64,000 nt of DNA, taken from NCBI GenBank assembly GCA_051531975.1, contig JAOPTT010000017.1:1-64000 (forward strand). Direction: 5' to 3'. Positions 9,057 to 19,459 of this stretch are shown in pieces. The stretch's first letter is position 1, and each line of letters begins with the position of its first letter. The notes beneath the pieces were generated by a model. It saw only the letters and a program-made list of their open reading frames with translations, made no database searches and was not told the origin of the DNA. This stretch comes from Spirochaetaceae bacterium. Its GTDB lineage: Bacteria; Spirochaetota; Spirochaetia; DSM-2461. A program made the position numbers and the translations under genes.

Positions 9057-11420
9057 TTATTCTATTTTAAACTGACGAACTTCTCTATCTAGTTTATCAG
9101 ATGTTTCTGCTAATAATGTATTATGTTCACTAATCTCATCAATAGCATCTGTTATAGTTTTAGCTGAATTAAATACATCATCGATACTCACTAATACTTC
9201 GCTTGATGTTTTTGTGGCTTTATCCATTGCTTCTTTCATCCCCATAGACATGCCCTTCATTACCGAAGAACTTGATTGTACTTCAGATGATACATTATTT
9301 AATAAAAACAGAGCTTCTAAAATCTCTTTCCCTCCGGTTGCTAGCTCTTCTGTTGATTGTGCAATGTCATTTAGACCAACCACGACGCCATTAACTTCAT
9401 GGGTTATAAGTTTAAATGATTTTTTTGCATCACGACTTGAATTAAAACTAAGCTCTATCTTTGTTGATACATCCTGGATCAGGTTTGAAATCATAATAAC
9501 ACTGGAAGCTGTTGATTCTGCAAGTTTCCTTATCTCATTGGCAACTACAGAGAAGCCTTTTCCAGCATCTCCTGCATGAGCAGCTTCTATTGCTGCATTC
9601 ATAGCAAGTAAATTTGTTTGTTCAGAAAGTTGGTCTATCATATTTGTTATGTTTTTTATCTCTTCTAACTTACTGTGAACTTCTTCTATGGAGGATGTAC
9701 TTGAATCGATATGTTCCTCTCCAAGTTTTGTATGGGCAATTAGTGTTTTTACAGAATCGTTCTTTGCATTTGTTATATTAGAGACACTATTAATGGATGC
9801 AACCATCTGATTTATTGCAGCAGAGGATTCCTCTAGAGCGCTTGATTCTTCTTCAATATTATTATCCATATTCTCAATCTGGCCAATTACATTTGAAGCT
9901 ACTTTATCAGTATCAGTAATAGTTGTATAAAGTTCTGAAACTTTATCTTTCATACTGGATATTTGTTCATAAATATCAGATATTTCCCCAGAGGTAGTTT
10001 CAGTACTACTACTAAGTGCTTCTTTTATTTCTAGGGTTTTAACACTGCTTGTTTTAATTTGAGAGATTATTTTTATGAGTTTTTCCATAAAATCGTTAAA
10101 GTGCTCTGCAAGCATCCCTACTTCATCATGGTTTTTTATTTCAAGTCTTTTTGTAAGGTCTCCTTCTCCTTGGGAAATCTCATTTAGCATTTCCGAAGAT
10201 TCTGATATTGGTTTTAAGATTGCTGCTACTGTAATTGAAGTTAATACTATTAAAATTAGTCCAATAACAACTCCTATAATTATTACACGTAGGTTAAGTC
10301 TCTTTAATCTACTTACTAATTCTTTGCTTATCTCCATAACTGCTTTATCTATATCATCAATATAAAATCCGGTACCTATAATCCAATCCCAATCATCTAT
10401 TCCCACAACATAAGAGAGTTTAGGTTGTTCTTCTGTAATAGAGCCATCTTCTGTAGGTTTTGGCCACATATATTCTACATAACCCCCACCGCTTTTGTTT
10501 ACTATATTTACCATGGCTGAAAAAAGGTTTTCATCAGTATCTTTTACTTTGTTATATTTAGGATTATCCAGGATCTGCCCATTTAACGAAGGGGAAATAG
10601 GGTGCATTATCATACTAGGAATTGGTCCAGTTGTATCATTAATCCAGAAATATCCACTGCCAGAATCGTAACGCATTGATTCAATTATTTCTAAACTTTC
10701 AACTTGTGCATCTGTAACTGCGTCATCAATATAAATACCTGTACCTACAACCCATCCCCATTCTTTTATGAGCCGAACATAAGAGAGCTTAGGTTCTTCC
10801 TTAGTTAACCCTGATTCAGTTGGTTTTGGCCAAAGATAATCAACAAAACCTTCACCTTCATCCCGAGTAATTTCTACAGCAGCAGAAAACAGATTCAGAT
10901 TTTTTCCAAGGGCCACATTATATTTTTTATCATTTAAAACAGTCCCATCTAGAGCGGGACTAGTGGGATGCATAATCATCGTAGGATGTGGCAGAGAGTT
11001 ATCATTAATCCAGAGATATCCTGTCCCATTATTGTATCTCAAAAGTTTTATATCTTCCATTGCCTTTTTTTGAGCAGCATTAAGAGAAAGTTCACCATTT
11101 TCAAATTGATTTATTCTTCTATAAATCAAAGCTTGAGCACCATCGACAATATTTTTAAGTTCATTACCATATTTTTCTTGAAGATATTCCATATCTTTAA
11201 TACTGGACTTTTTTTCATTTATTATCTGTGATGCAATATCTACATAGTTACGTAGTTTATTTTGTGCTTTAATGTATTCGTCGGTTTCAATTTTTTTTAT
11301 TTCTGCTTTGTTATCTTTTATCAAGTCAAAATTTATAACTATCAGCTGAGCCGAGCATAGAACCAAAATTACCAAAATGACTATAAGTCTCATCTTTATA
11401 CTAATCTTCATATCAATCAC
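9057..11420 (-). CDS. Methyl-accepting chemotaxis protein with two Cache_2-like sensor repeats
   Basis: TM, duplicated GY(L/F)WIND...MIMHP...WPKP...PKLSYV...GTG(I/F)YIDD, TM, HAMP, and the signalling hairpin [35 protein letters not shown]. The start may be the ATG at about 11411. Confidence 0.95.
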   Translation of the reverse strand: MIDMKISIKMRLIVILVILVLCSAQLIVINFDLIKDNKAEIKKIETDEYIKAQNKLRNYVDIASQIINEKKSSIKDMEYLQEKYGNELKNIVDGAQALIYRRINQFENGELSLNAAQKKAMEDIKLLRYNNGTGYLWINDNSLPHPTMIMHPTSPALDGTVLNDKKYNVALGKNLNLFSAAVEITRDEGEGFVDYLWPKPTESGLTKEEPKLSYVRLIKEWGWVVGTGIYIDDAVTDAQVESLEIIESMRYDSGSGYFWINDTTGPIPSMIMHPISPSLNGQILDNPKYNKVKDTDENLFSAMVNIVNKSGGGYVEYMWPKPTEDGSITEEQPKLSYVVGIDDWDWIIGTGFYIDDIDKAVMEISKELVSRLKRLNLRVIIIGVVIGLILIVLTSITVAAILKPISESSEMLNEISQGEGDLTKRLEIKNHDEVGMLAEHFNDFMEKLIKIISQIKTSSVKTLEIKEALSSSTETTSGEISDIYEQISSMKDKVSELYTTITDTDKVASNVIGQIENMDNNIEEESSALEESSAAINQMVASINSVSNITNAKNDSVKTLIAHTKLGEEHIDSSTSSIEEVHSKLEEIKNITNMIDQLSEQTNLLAMNAAIEAAHAGDAGKGFSVVANEIRKLAESTASSVIMISNLIQDVSTKIELSFNSSRDAKKSFKLITHEVNGVVVGLNDIAQSTEELATGGKEILEALFLLNNVSSEVQSSSSVMKGMSMGMKEAMDKATKTSSEVLVSIDDVFNSAKTITDAIDEISEHNTLLAETSDKLDREVRQFKIE

Positions 11421-11508
11421 CTATATTTATAATTATAATACAATATTAAAAGATTTGTATAATTATTTATGGGATAGAACTGTTATGGGGTAATACCTTT
11501 AGGTTATT

Positions 11509-12696
11509 TTAGTTAATATTCATACTAAATATGGCTCTTTTAAATCCTGGAATTGATCCTGTAATAACACTGTCCTCTACACAGTAGGCCAACCTGAAGT
11601 AACCTGGCATATTAAAACCACTTCCCGGAACTGCTAAAATATGCTCATGAAGTAGAGTCTCTACAAATTTAATATCATCCCCACCAGGGATTTTTATAAA
11701 CAGGTAAAATGTTCCATTAGGCAGTATAAAATCATAACCCATCTCTTTTAATGGTATTGCCAATAAGTCCCTTTTTCTTCTATAAATTTCAGGATCAACT
11801 GTAATACCTTTTACAGCAGTTATAGCTCTCTGCATAAGAGCCGGAGCATTTGTATAACCCAAAGCTGTGGTTCCTATAATCATGGACTGAATAATGAGAC
11901 TTGAATCTTCCGCTTTAGGGTGTACAACAGCCCAACCTATTCTCTCCCCTGGAATTGATAAGGATTTAGAGTAAGAGGATACAAGTATTGAGTTTTCATA
12001 ACAGTTTAATATTGCAGGAACAATAGCACCGTCAAAAATGATATCCCTATAGGGCTCGTCACTAATAAGATAGATCTGTCTGCCTACTTCCAAACTTTTC
12101 TTTTTAAGCATTTCACACAATTTTACAATTATATGTTTCGGATAGATAACACCGGATGGATTATTAGGGCTATTAATAATAACTGCAGCAGTATGTTCAT
12201 CAATATATGTTTCCATTAAATCCACATCCAGATAGAAGTTATCAAGACATGGAACAGTTCTAAGTTCTCCACCAAAATTTTCAGTATATGTTTTATATAA
12301 TACAAAGTTAGGAATTGAAACTATTATGTTATCCCCAGGATTTAAAATAGACTTAATTGCTAAGTTAATTGCGGAACCTGCACCACAGGTCATAATAACA
12401 TCATCACTATTTAGTTCAGTTTTTTGCTGCTCACTAAGGTATTTAGAAACATATTCCCTAGTTTCAACATATCCACTCCCAGTCATATACCCGTGTTTTA
12501 GTGGGATATCAGCTTGCATTATTTTAATTACACTCTTAGTAAATTCCTCTGGAGGTGGAACATGAGGATTACCAAGACTAAAGTCATATACATTATCTTC
12601 ACCGTAAAGTTTTTTAAGCCTGGTTCCTTCATTAAACATTTTTCTAATTATAGAAGAGCCTGATAAGGCAGCCTTCATTTTTATTGAAACAGCCAA
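11509..12696 (-). CDS. PLP-dependent class I/II aminotransferase (aspartate aminotransferase-like)
   Basis: DFSLGNP, NSPNNPSG, SDEPY and SYSKSLSIPGERIG (PLP lysine); TTG start after AAGGAG. Confidence 0.93.
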   Translation of the reverse strand: MAVSIKMKAALSGSSIIRKMFNEGTRLKKLYGEDNVYDFSLGNPHVPPPEEFTKSVIKIMQADIPLKHGYMTGSGYVETREYVSKYLSEQQKTELNSDDVIMTCGAGSAINLAIKSILNPGDNIIVSIPNFVLYKTYTENFGGELRTVPCLDNFYLDVDLMETYIDEHTAAVIINSPNNPSGVIYPKHIIVKLCEMLKKKSLEVGRQIYLISDEPYRDIIFDGAIVPAILNCYENSILVSSYSKSLSIPGERIGWAVVHPKAEDSSLIIQSMIIGTTALGYTNAPALMQRAITAVKGITVDPEIYRRKRDLLAIPLKEMGYDFILPNGTFYLFIKIPGGDDIKFVETLLHEHILAVPGSGFNMPGYFRLAYCVEDSVITGSIPGFKRAIFSMNIN

Positions 12697-13770
12697 TTAA
12701 TACTCCTTTAACTCTTCTGAACCAAATATAAATCTACTTCCAGCTTCTGCAAGTGCAATTAACTCATGCTCTCCAGGGTAAACTATTACAGGTGCAATCC
12801 ACTGTACATACTCAGATACCCACTTTTCACATAGGGTAGAATAGACTAGGCCACCTGTTAATATAACAGCATCAACATCGCCCTTTAATGCAGCTGCGGC
12901 ACTTCCAATCTCCCTTCCAATCTGATAAGTCATTGCGTGATAAACTTCTTCAGCTTTTTTGTCCCCATCAGAAATACGTTTCTCTATCTCTCTCCCGTCA
13001 TCTGTTCCCAAATAGCCTAAAAGACCTGATTTTTTAGTTAATACACTGTTTAATTCTGATGCAGATTTATACTCACCTGAAAAACATAGTTTAACTAAAA
13101 GTGTTGATGGCAAAGAACCGGTTCTCTGAGGAGAGAAAGGTCCTCCATCCATAGCGTCGTTTGTATCTATCATCTTTCCTTTTTTCATTGGAACAATAGA
13201 AATTCCTCCACCAATATGGGCGACTACCAGATTTAGATCATTCATATCCCTGTTAATTGATGTGGCATATTTTCTGGCCATGGCACGGATATTAAGTGCG
13301 TGTAGACGACTTCTCCTATTCATTCCAGGGAAACCCGAATACCTTGAATAAGGTTCAAATTCATCTACTGATACAGGATCGGTAATTAGAGATGGACAAC
13401 CATATTTTTCTGCAACAGAATATGCTATAAGAGCTCCAAGGTTCGAAGCATGATTGCTATACTTTTCAGATCTTAAATCCTCTAACATGTTAGTATTAAT
13501 ATTATAACTTCCAGCGGTTAGAGCCTTCACTGGGGCACCTCTTCCAACACAACAATCAAGAGAGTCTATTTTATTCTCTTTTAAAAATTCCGATACTGCT
13601 TCTGCCCGAAATTTCTCCTGATCAGAAGTGGTTTCAAATTTATCAAGTTCATCTGCTTTATGGGTTATAGATTTTGAAGCGTACTCTTTGGCCACACCAC
13701 TACGATCACTCTCGTACAGAGCAACTTTTGTTGAAGTTGAACCAGGATTAATAATAAGTATTTTTTTCAT
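12697..13770 (-). CDS. buk: Butyrate (branched-chain/aryl carboxylate) kinase
   Basis: INPGSTSTK, HASNLG, DPVSVDE, HALN, HIGGGIS, GPFSPQRTG and YPGEHE motifs. Confidence 0.93.
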   Translation of the reverse strand: MKKILIINPGSTSTKVALYESDRSGVAKEYASKSITHKADELDKFETTSDQEKFRAEAVSEFLKENKIDSLDCCVGRGAPVKALTAGSYNINTNMLEDLRSEKYSNHASNLGALIAYSVAEKYGCPSLITDPVSVDEFEPYSRYSGFPGMNRRSRLHALNIRAMARKYATSINRDMNDLNLVVAHIGGGISIVPMKKGKMIDTNDAMDGGPFSPQRTGSLPSTLLVKLCFSGEYKSASELNSVLTKKSGLLGYLGTDDGREIEKRISDGDKKAEEVYHAMTYQIGREIGSAAAALKGDVDAVILTGGLVYSTLCEKWVSEYVQWIAPVIVYPGEHELIALAEAGSRFIFGSEELKEY

Positions 13771-14654
13771 ATAGACCCCTCCCCTGCTGCTGCAAGAGCT
13801 AAGATTATAGAGTTAACTTTCTCTTTTGCCTCATCGGCACGGGATAACATAACAATAGGAAAAGATGCTCCGGCAATTAATCCACCAGAGGGAAATCCGG
13901 CGCAGAGGATAAGACTCTTACCAAAAATATTTCCACTATTCATATCGGGAACTACAAGGATATCAGCATCCCCCATTATTGGACCTGTAATACCTTTAAT
14001 TTCGCAAGCACGTCTACTTAGTGCAAGATCAACAGCAAGTGGACCTGCCACTATACCACCTTTAATCTCCCCTTTTTCTGCCATCTGACGTAGTAGGTCT
14101 GCATCCACTGCACCGGGGATTGCAGGATTAATACGTTCCATTGCAGTTAGTACAGCTACTTTTGGTTCTTTTATTCCAAGATTATGAAAAATATTAATTG
14201 AATTACGGATAATAGAGGCTTTCTGTTCAAGATTTGGGGTAATGTTCATTCCACCATCTGTAACTCCAAGCAGTCTGCCCATATTACTCTCCACCACTAA
14301 AAGATGTGATAGTAGATTCTCAGTTAATAGTTCATCTTTTCTATTTAATATTGCTTTTAGAAAAATAGAAGTATCCAATTTTCCTTTCATTAATACATGA
14401 GCCTGCTTATTTAAAACAGCATTAACAGAATCATCTGCAGGTTTTAATGAGTTAAGAATTAAGTAGTCTTTAAGATTATATTTATTTGCTTCCTCTCTGA
14501 TAAGCTCTTCGTCACCAACTAGTAGATAAGAACACAGACCATCATTACCTACCTGATTAAGTGCTTTATAAAGACTTTCACCTACTGGAGCTGCTACAGC
14601 AATAATACGTTTACCATCAGTTTTAATCTTATTTACTAAATCCTGGAACATCAT
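13767..14654 (-). CDS. ptb: Phosphate butyryltransferase (PTA/PTB family)
   Basis: LMKG, LLSH, TDGGMNI-P, GPLAVDLA, ADILVVP-SGN and MLSRAD motifs; adjacent to buk. Confidence 0.88.
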   Translation of the reverse strand: MMFQDLVNKIKTDGKRIIAVAAPVGESLYKALNQVGNDGLCSYLLVGDEELIREEANKYNLKDYLILNSLKPADDSVNAVLNKQAHVLMKGKLDTSIFLKAILNRKDELLTENLLSHLLVVESNMGRLLGVTDGGMNITPNLEQKASIIRNSINIFHNLGIKEPKVAVLTAMERINPAIPGAVDADLLRQMAEKGEIKGGIVAGPLAVDLALSRRACEIKGITGPIMGDADILVVPDMNSGNIFGKSLILCAGFPSGGLIAGASFPIVMLSRADEAKEKVNSIILALAAAGEGSI

Positions 14655-15220
14655 GAGTTATTCCTACCTAGTAAAAAAGCTGACCTATTAGTTTTTACAA
14701 CCTTATCCCCTTTACGGGAAAAGACATCTTCTATTGCCTGAAGAAAAACTTCCTCTTTAATTGGTAAAGCTTTAGATGCGGAACCAATTAAAACAATATT
14801 TTGTGATCTTGCTGAACCTACCTCTAATGCAAGTTTTTTAATATCAATAATTTTAGAAGATGGAATACTATTAATACCTTCATATAACTTTTCCTCATCT
14901 GGATAATCAGGGATATTTAGAAAAGGGGCTTTCCCAGTTATAAGCTGTCCACCTTTTTTCAAATATTTAATATGCCTTAAGGATTCCAATGGTTCCATTG
15001 ATAAAATCATATCGGCTGCACCATGGGGTATAAGATCACTGTAAATTTCCTCTGTGGATATTCTCAATGTGGCAATTACAGCACCTCCTCTCTGGGACAT
15101 ACCATGAACTTCAGCCTGCTTAACATGATAGTTCTCCATCATAGCACCCTTGGCGATTATATTTGCCAAAGATAAAATACCCTGCCCACCTACTCCACAT
15201 AAAACTATATCGTATTTCAT
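14651..15220 (-). CDS. iorB: Indolepyruvate:ferredoxin oxidoreductase beta subunit
   Basis: CGVGGQG, AEVHGMSQRGGAV and MEPLESLR motifs. Confidence 0.93.
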   Translation of the reverse strand: MKYDIVLCGVGGQGILSLANIIAKGAMMENYHVKQAEVHGMSQRGGAVIATLRISTEEIYSDLIPHGAADMILSMEPLESLRHIKYLKKGGQLITGKAPFLNIPDYPDEEKLYEGINSIPSSKIIDIKKLALEVGSARSQNIVLIGSASKALPIKEEVFLQAIEDVFSRKGDKVVKTNRSAFLLGRNNS

Positions 15221-16825
15221 CTATCTACCTCTTTCCCGACAATTTTTTTTCGCATGGATACACTCTCGAACTGGAATAACAACAGAAACTCCATCAAACT
15301 CGATCTCCTCTTTCATGATTCTGACATTCTCATCCAGATGTTTTGGCAGAGGATTAAGAATTCTTATATGCTTTGGATCAACTCCACAAGCTTTTACGAT
15401 ATCTACAATTTGTGGGGATTCCACTATTGTCTTTTGCATACCTGTCATGGCTGTTATTTTGTTATCAAGAATTACTAGGGTAACTCTGTTTCCTGCAGAT
15501 AACATATCCACAAGCCCCTGAATTCCTGTATGCATAAATGTTCCGTCCCCTATTACACCAACAACAGGATGTGCTCCAGCTTCTGCAGCTCCCCTGGCCA
15601 TTGGCACCGATGCACCCATATCCAGACAGGAGTGGATTGCATTATGTGGAGGTAAAAATCCTAGGGTATAACAACCGATATCAGAAGTTACAACAGGATG
15701 TTCATACCCTTCAAGCGCTATGTTAAGTGCATTAAAACTATCAGTATGTGGACATCCGTTACATAACTGTGGAGGTCTACCAGGCATTTCTATATTTGGT
15801 TCATCAATACTTTCAAAGGATGGTAATTCAAGTGCCTTCCTGCAGATATCAGGATTTATCTCACCTAAATGGGGAATAACATCGTTTAATTTCCCATCTA
15901 TCTCGATATTCTGGGGAAGAATTCCCTTTAGAAATCTCTCAACAAAGGGATAACCCTCTTCTATTACAATTATACGTTTTGCACTCTTGGCTAACTTTCT
16001 GATCTTCTCCTCAGGCATTGGATAAAAGCTAATGTGCAGATGGGAAGGTATATTGTCTAACTCTTGCTCAGCCTCTTTATAGTAGTTATAGGCAAGCCCT
16101 GTAGTAATAATTGCCAGTTTTCTGTTTTCTGGATTTAACTTAAGGGGATTGTAATGGCTATCTTCAGATATGATTGAAAGTGTTGGTCTTTGTTTCCATA
16201 ATGTTTCATAGTTCAAACGGCTTAAATAAGGTAGATTTGTCCAGTGGTTTCTGTCATTGGAAGGATTTAACTCATTTTTTGCCCGAATGTGACCCCGTGA
16301 AACCACAGCTCTAGAGTGTGAAATTCTTGTAGTCAGTTTAAGTAAAACAGGAAGATGAAGCTGCTCAGATAGATCAAATGCATCTATAGTCATCTGGTAA
16401 GCTTCCTGCTGATTCCTTGGTTCAAGGCATATTGTTCTTGCAAAATCAGCATAATACCTAGAGTCCTGTTCATTTTGTGATGAGTGCATACCTGGATCGT
16501 CTGCTACACATAAAACAAGTCCACCATGGATTTTATATCCTATAGAGTTCATAAAAGCATCGGCGGCAACATTTAGCCCCACATGTTTCATGGTGACAAG
16601 AGACCGTTTACCCATCATAGAAACAGCAACTGCAGCTTCATAGGCGGTCTTTTCATTAGAACACCACGATGCTACAAGGGTAGAATCCTCTGTCTCTTTC
16701 CATGATTGCAAGTATTCTACAATCTCCGTAGATGGGGTTCCAGGGTAACCGTAAGCTATAGATATTCCAGCATCTATAGCGCCCTGTGCAACTGCTTCAT
16801 CTCCTAATAATACCAAATCACTCAT
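15221..16825 (-). CDS. iorA: Indolepyruvate:ferredoxin oxidoreductase alpha subunit (short form, no C-terminal ferredoxin domain)
   Basis: GYPGTPSTEI, NEKTA, MKHVGLNVAAD, HSSQNEQD, RPPQLCNGCPH, SDIGCYTL and TPP motif GDGTF...LDN..TAMTG. Confidence 0.93.
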   Translation of the reverse strand: MSDLVLLGDEAVAQGAIDAGISIAYGYPGTPSTEIVEYLQSWKETEDSTLVASWCSNEKTAYEAAVAVSMMGKRSLVTMKHVGLNVAADAFMNSIGYKIHGGLVLCVADDPGMHSSQNEQDSRYYADFARTICLEPRNQQEAYQMTIDAFDLSEQLHLPVLLKLTTRISHSRAVVSRGHIRAKNELNPSNDRNHWTNLPYLSRLNYETLWKQRPTLSIISEDSHYNPLKLNPENRKLAIITTGLAYNYYKEAEQELDNIPSHLHISFYPMPEEKIRKLAKSAKRIIVIEEGYPFVERFLKGILPQNIEIDGKLNDVIPHLGEINPDICRKALELPSFESIDEPNIEMPGRPPQLCNGCPHTDSFNALNIALEGYEHPVVTSDIGCYTLGFLPPHNAIHSCLDMGASVPMARGAAEAGAHPVVGVIGDGTFMHTGIQGLVDMLSAGNRVTLVILDNKITAMTGMQKTIVESPQIVDIVKACGVDPKHIRILNPLPKHLDENVRIMKEEIEFDGVSVVIPVRECIHAKKNCRERGR

Positions 16826-16865
16826 AATAGACCTCTTGATTATTTACATTTTTATCTCACTTATA

Positions 16866-16893
16866 AGTATAACCCATCTTCTAATATATACAA
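16866..16893 (-). promoter_or_regulatory. Candidate sigma70 promoter of the ior operon
   Basis: Minus strand TTGTAT-N16-TATACT about 40 nt upstream of iorA. Confidence 0.4.
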
Positions 16894-16997
16894 TTAATTT
16901 GTTTTTAAGTTTACTAAATTTATACTTAAGAGAGAGAAGACTAATATTATTCGTATTTACTTAAAAACCTGCTAATTTATTTTGTTTATTTAATTAT

Positions 16998-17432
16998 ATG
17001 AATTATTTACCAAATATAAATTATACTTTAAATATGCCCTACGATATTTTTGCTGATTTAATTTTAATTATTCATCTGTTATATGTTGCTTTTGCAATAG
17101 GTGGGGAACTTATAATACTAATAGGAGCCATATTCAAATGGCACTTTATATATATTTTATCCTTTAGGATAATACACTTAATATCTGTAATCTTTGTAGC
17201 TATTGAAGCAAGTCTTGGAATAATATGTCCACTAACCTCTCTCGAGTATAACTTTAGAATACTATCAGGACAAAATGTGGAAAGTAATATGACTTTAATT
17301 GCTAGACTTGTTAGGAAAGTGATATTTTATGATTTCCCATCCTTTGTTTTTACCATTACATACATATTATTTGGTTTAGTTGTTATATGTACCATAATTT
17401 TTATACCGCCTAAAAAAAATGTTAGAAGATAA
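16998..17432 (+). CDS. DUF2784-like membrane protein
   Basis: ADLILIIHLLYV, RIIHL and ICPLTSLE motifs; the true start is probably ATG 17034. Confidence 0.8.
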   Translation: MNYLPNINYTLNMPYDIFADLILIIHLLYVAFAIGGELIILIGAIFKWHFIYILSFRIIHLISVIFVAIEASLGIICPLTSLEYNFRILSGQNVESNMTLIARLVRKVIFYDFPSFVFTITYILFGLVVICTIIFIPPKKNVRR

Positions 17433-17522
17433 TAACAGTCCAAACTATGTGTTTAAATAATACATTTCAATTTACATTTAAAAAGTGACTGTAATTTTAC
17501 AATTTTAATATATAATTATTTT

Positions 17523-18518
17523 ATGAATATTCGTATAACTATATTTTATTTATTACTATGTACAACATTTTTATTTTCTGGGGAAGTAGAACAGGTTTAT
17601 AAAGACATTGATCAACATGCTTTATCGACTCCCAAATCAGTTACTGGATCAATTGAAAGTCTGGTTAAATATCTAATAGAACCAACAAAAAATGACCTAG
17701 AAAAAGTAAGAATAATTTATCGATGGGTTACAAATAATATAAGATACGATTCCAATGCTTATTTTTCTGGTAGGTATCCAAGTCAAGATGCATCTTATGT
17801 TCTAAAAACAAAAAAATCAGTATGTAGCGGATATTCCAATCTTTTTGAAGCCCTTTGTTTAGAGGCAGGAATTGAAGTAGTTACAATTAGCGGTTATGCA
17901 AAAGGCTACAGCTATAAACCTGGTAGAAGCTTCAATAAAACTAATCATGCATGGAATGTTGTTAATTTAGACAATAAGTGGTTCATAATTGATTCAACAT
18001 GGGGTGCAGGCTACATGAATGGTAAAAAGTTTGTTAAAGAGTTTGAAGAGTTTTGGTTTTTGACTGATCCAAATAAATCAATATTCTCCCATCTTCCAGA
18101 AGATCCTAAGTGGCAATTATTGACAGATCCGATCTCTAAAAAAACATTCCAAAAAAGTCCAAATTTAAAAGGTAACTTCTTTGATTTAGGATTTATAATT
18201 AATGATGTAAACAGTTATATTAACGGTGACAAATACCGTGGATTCCCAAAGATATATGCTTTTGATGCCGATGCCAAAGTTATTGAAGGTCCAATATCAA
18301 AATATCTAAGTACAAAAGAAACCTATATATTTTCATTAAAAGTAGAGGGTGCTAATAGTGTAGTTATTATTAATAATGGTAAATGGATCTCCTTAAAACA
18401 AAACAGTGATACCTGGTCTTACACATTAACTCCTAAAAAAGGCTCTTTAACTGTTGGCTATAGTAAAGATGGAAGAAGCTCCAGACATAGTTATATGTTA
18501 AAATACATTGTTCAGTAA
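17523..18518 (+). CDS. Secreted transglutaminase-like protease (CYK3/kyphoscoliosis peptidase-like)
   Basis: Signal peptide, WVTNNIRYD, and catalytic triad motifs VCSGY, HAWN and DSTWGAG. Confidence 0.88.
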   Translation: MNIRITIFYLLLCTTFLFSGEVEQVYKDIDQHALSTPKSVTGSIESLVKYLIEPTKNDLEKVRIIYRWVTNNIRYDSNAYFSGRYPSQDASYVLKTKKSVCSGYSNLFEALCLEAGIEVVTISGYAKGYSYKPGRSFNKTNHAWNVVNLDNKWFIIDSTWGAGYMNGKKFVKEFEEFWFLTDPNKSIFSHLPEDPKWQLLTDPISKKTFQKSPNLKGNFFDLGFIINDVNSYINGDKYRGFPKIYAFDADAKVIEGPISKYLSTKETYIFSLKVEGANSVVIINNGKWISLKQNSDTWSYTLTPKKGSLTVGYSKDGRSSRHSYMLKYIVQ

Positions 18519-18649
18519 ATTACTACTAAAGTAGTATTTTATCTATTTACCCCTCATTCTATAATGTTATCAAGATTATAAATCTGGCTGAAGAGAAGGG
18601 GAAGACACCTTAAATAGCCACTATAATTTTCTTTAAAAAAGGAGATTAT

Positions 18650-18799
18650 ATGATTAAAATTGACGAAAACATTAGTAAAAGTGGATACAATCAAGAGAGA
18701 AGAGGTATTAAATCTGTATGGTTCCTAAAAAAATCCAACAGGGAAAAAAGTAAATATACGACTATGGTAATTCATAGCTATTTACAACTTCCATTTTGA
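18650..18799 (+). CDS. Small basic 49-aa ORF, not in the supplied ORF track
   Basis: AAGGAGA RBS before ATG; MIKIDENISKSGYNQERRGIKSVWFLKKSNREKSKYTTMVIHSYLQLPF*; TATAAT at 18560 upstream and a hairpin downstream. Confidence 0.5.
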   Translation: MIKIDENISKSGYNQERRGIKSVWFLKKSNREKSKYTTMVIHSYLQLPF

Positions 18800-18814
18800 T
18801 ACTGTTAGAAACAA

Positions 18815-18850
18815 TAAACTTAGTACTAGATACATCTGGTACTGAGTTTA
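18815..18850 (+). terminator. Long hairpin between convergent ORFs
   Basis: TAAACTTAGTACTAGA-TACA-TCTGGTACTGAGTTTA: a 16-bp stem whose two mismatches are G.U pairs on the + strand. Confidence 0.6.
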
Positions 18851-19204
18851 AGAAACTATAACTCTCTTATTCCCTTTTGCATCTACCGAAACAAATGTAA
18901 CTGTAGTAGAGAATGCTAAAATCTCATTATCTGATGTTCTATCATCTTCAAAAACTTCAACTAAATATGTAACCGATGAACTACCAACCCTAGTGGTTAT
19001 TGAATGAAACCTTAAAATTGATCCATTTTGAACTGGGTGTTTAAACTCGATCTTATCCATAGCTCTTGTAACAAAGGAGTATCCAGGGAATTCCTTAGTA
19101 GCAGCCATCCAAGCACACTCATCCACCCAGGATAATAACTGACCTCCAAAAAGTGAACCATGATGATTTAAATGTTCTGGTCTAACTAAATTATAATTAT
19201 CCAT
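18848..19204 (-). CDS. Hotdog-fold acyl-CoA thioesterase
   Basis: PEHLNHHGSLFGGQLLSWVDE, FVT-MDKIEF-HP and TFVSVD motifs. Confidence 0.9.
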   Translation of the reverse strand: MDNYNLVRPEHLNHHGSLFGGQLLSWVDECAWMAATKEFPGYSFVTRAMDKIEFKHPVQNGSILRFHSITTRVGSSSVTYLVEVFEDDRTSDNEILAFSTTVTFVSVDAKGNKRVIVS

Positions 19205-19459
19205 ATTATTCTCCTAATTTGCATTATATCAAATATTATTTACTTAGGGATAGAAGCATGAATCTCCTGCTCAATAACAACTCTCTGGACGTCTGAAGTT
19301 AAATGTGAAGATTGTATTCAGATAGTAACTTATTCCCAACTTTCTGTAAAATAGTCCAACTATCATATTAATTTATTTAATGAAATATATATTTTATATT
19401 CAAAATATGTAAAACACTTTGAGATGTATTAGAATTAACTATGGCTAAAGGAGTTTTTT

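Noticed and set aside
19210..19380. Coding-like remnant upstream of the thioesterase
   Set aside because: The frames are short with stops and no recognisable motif.
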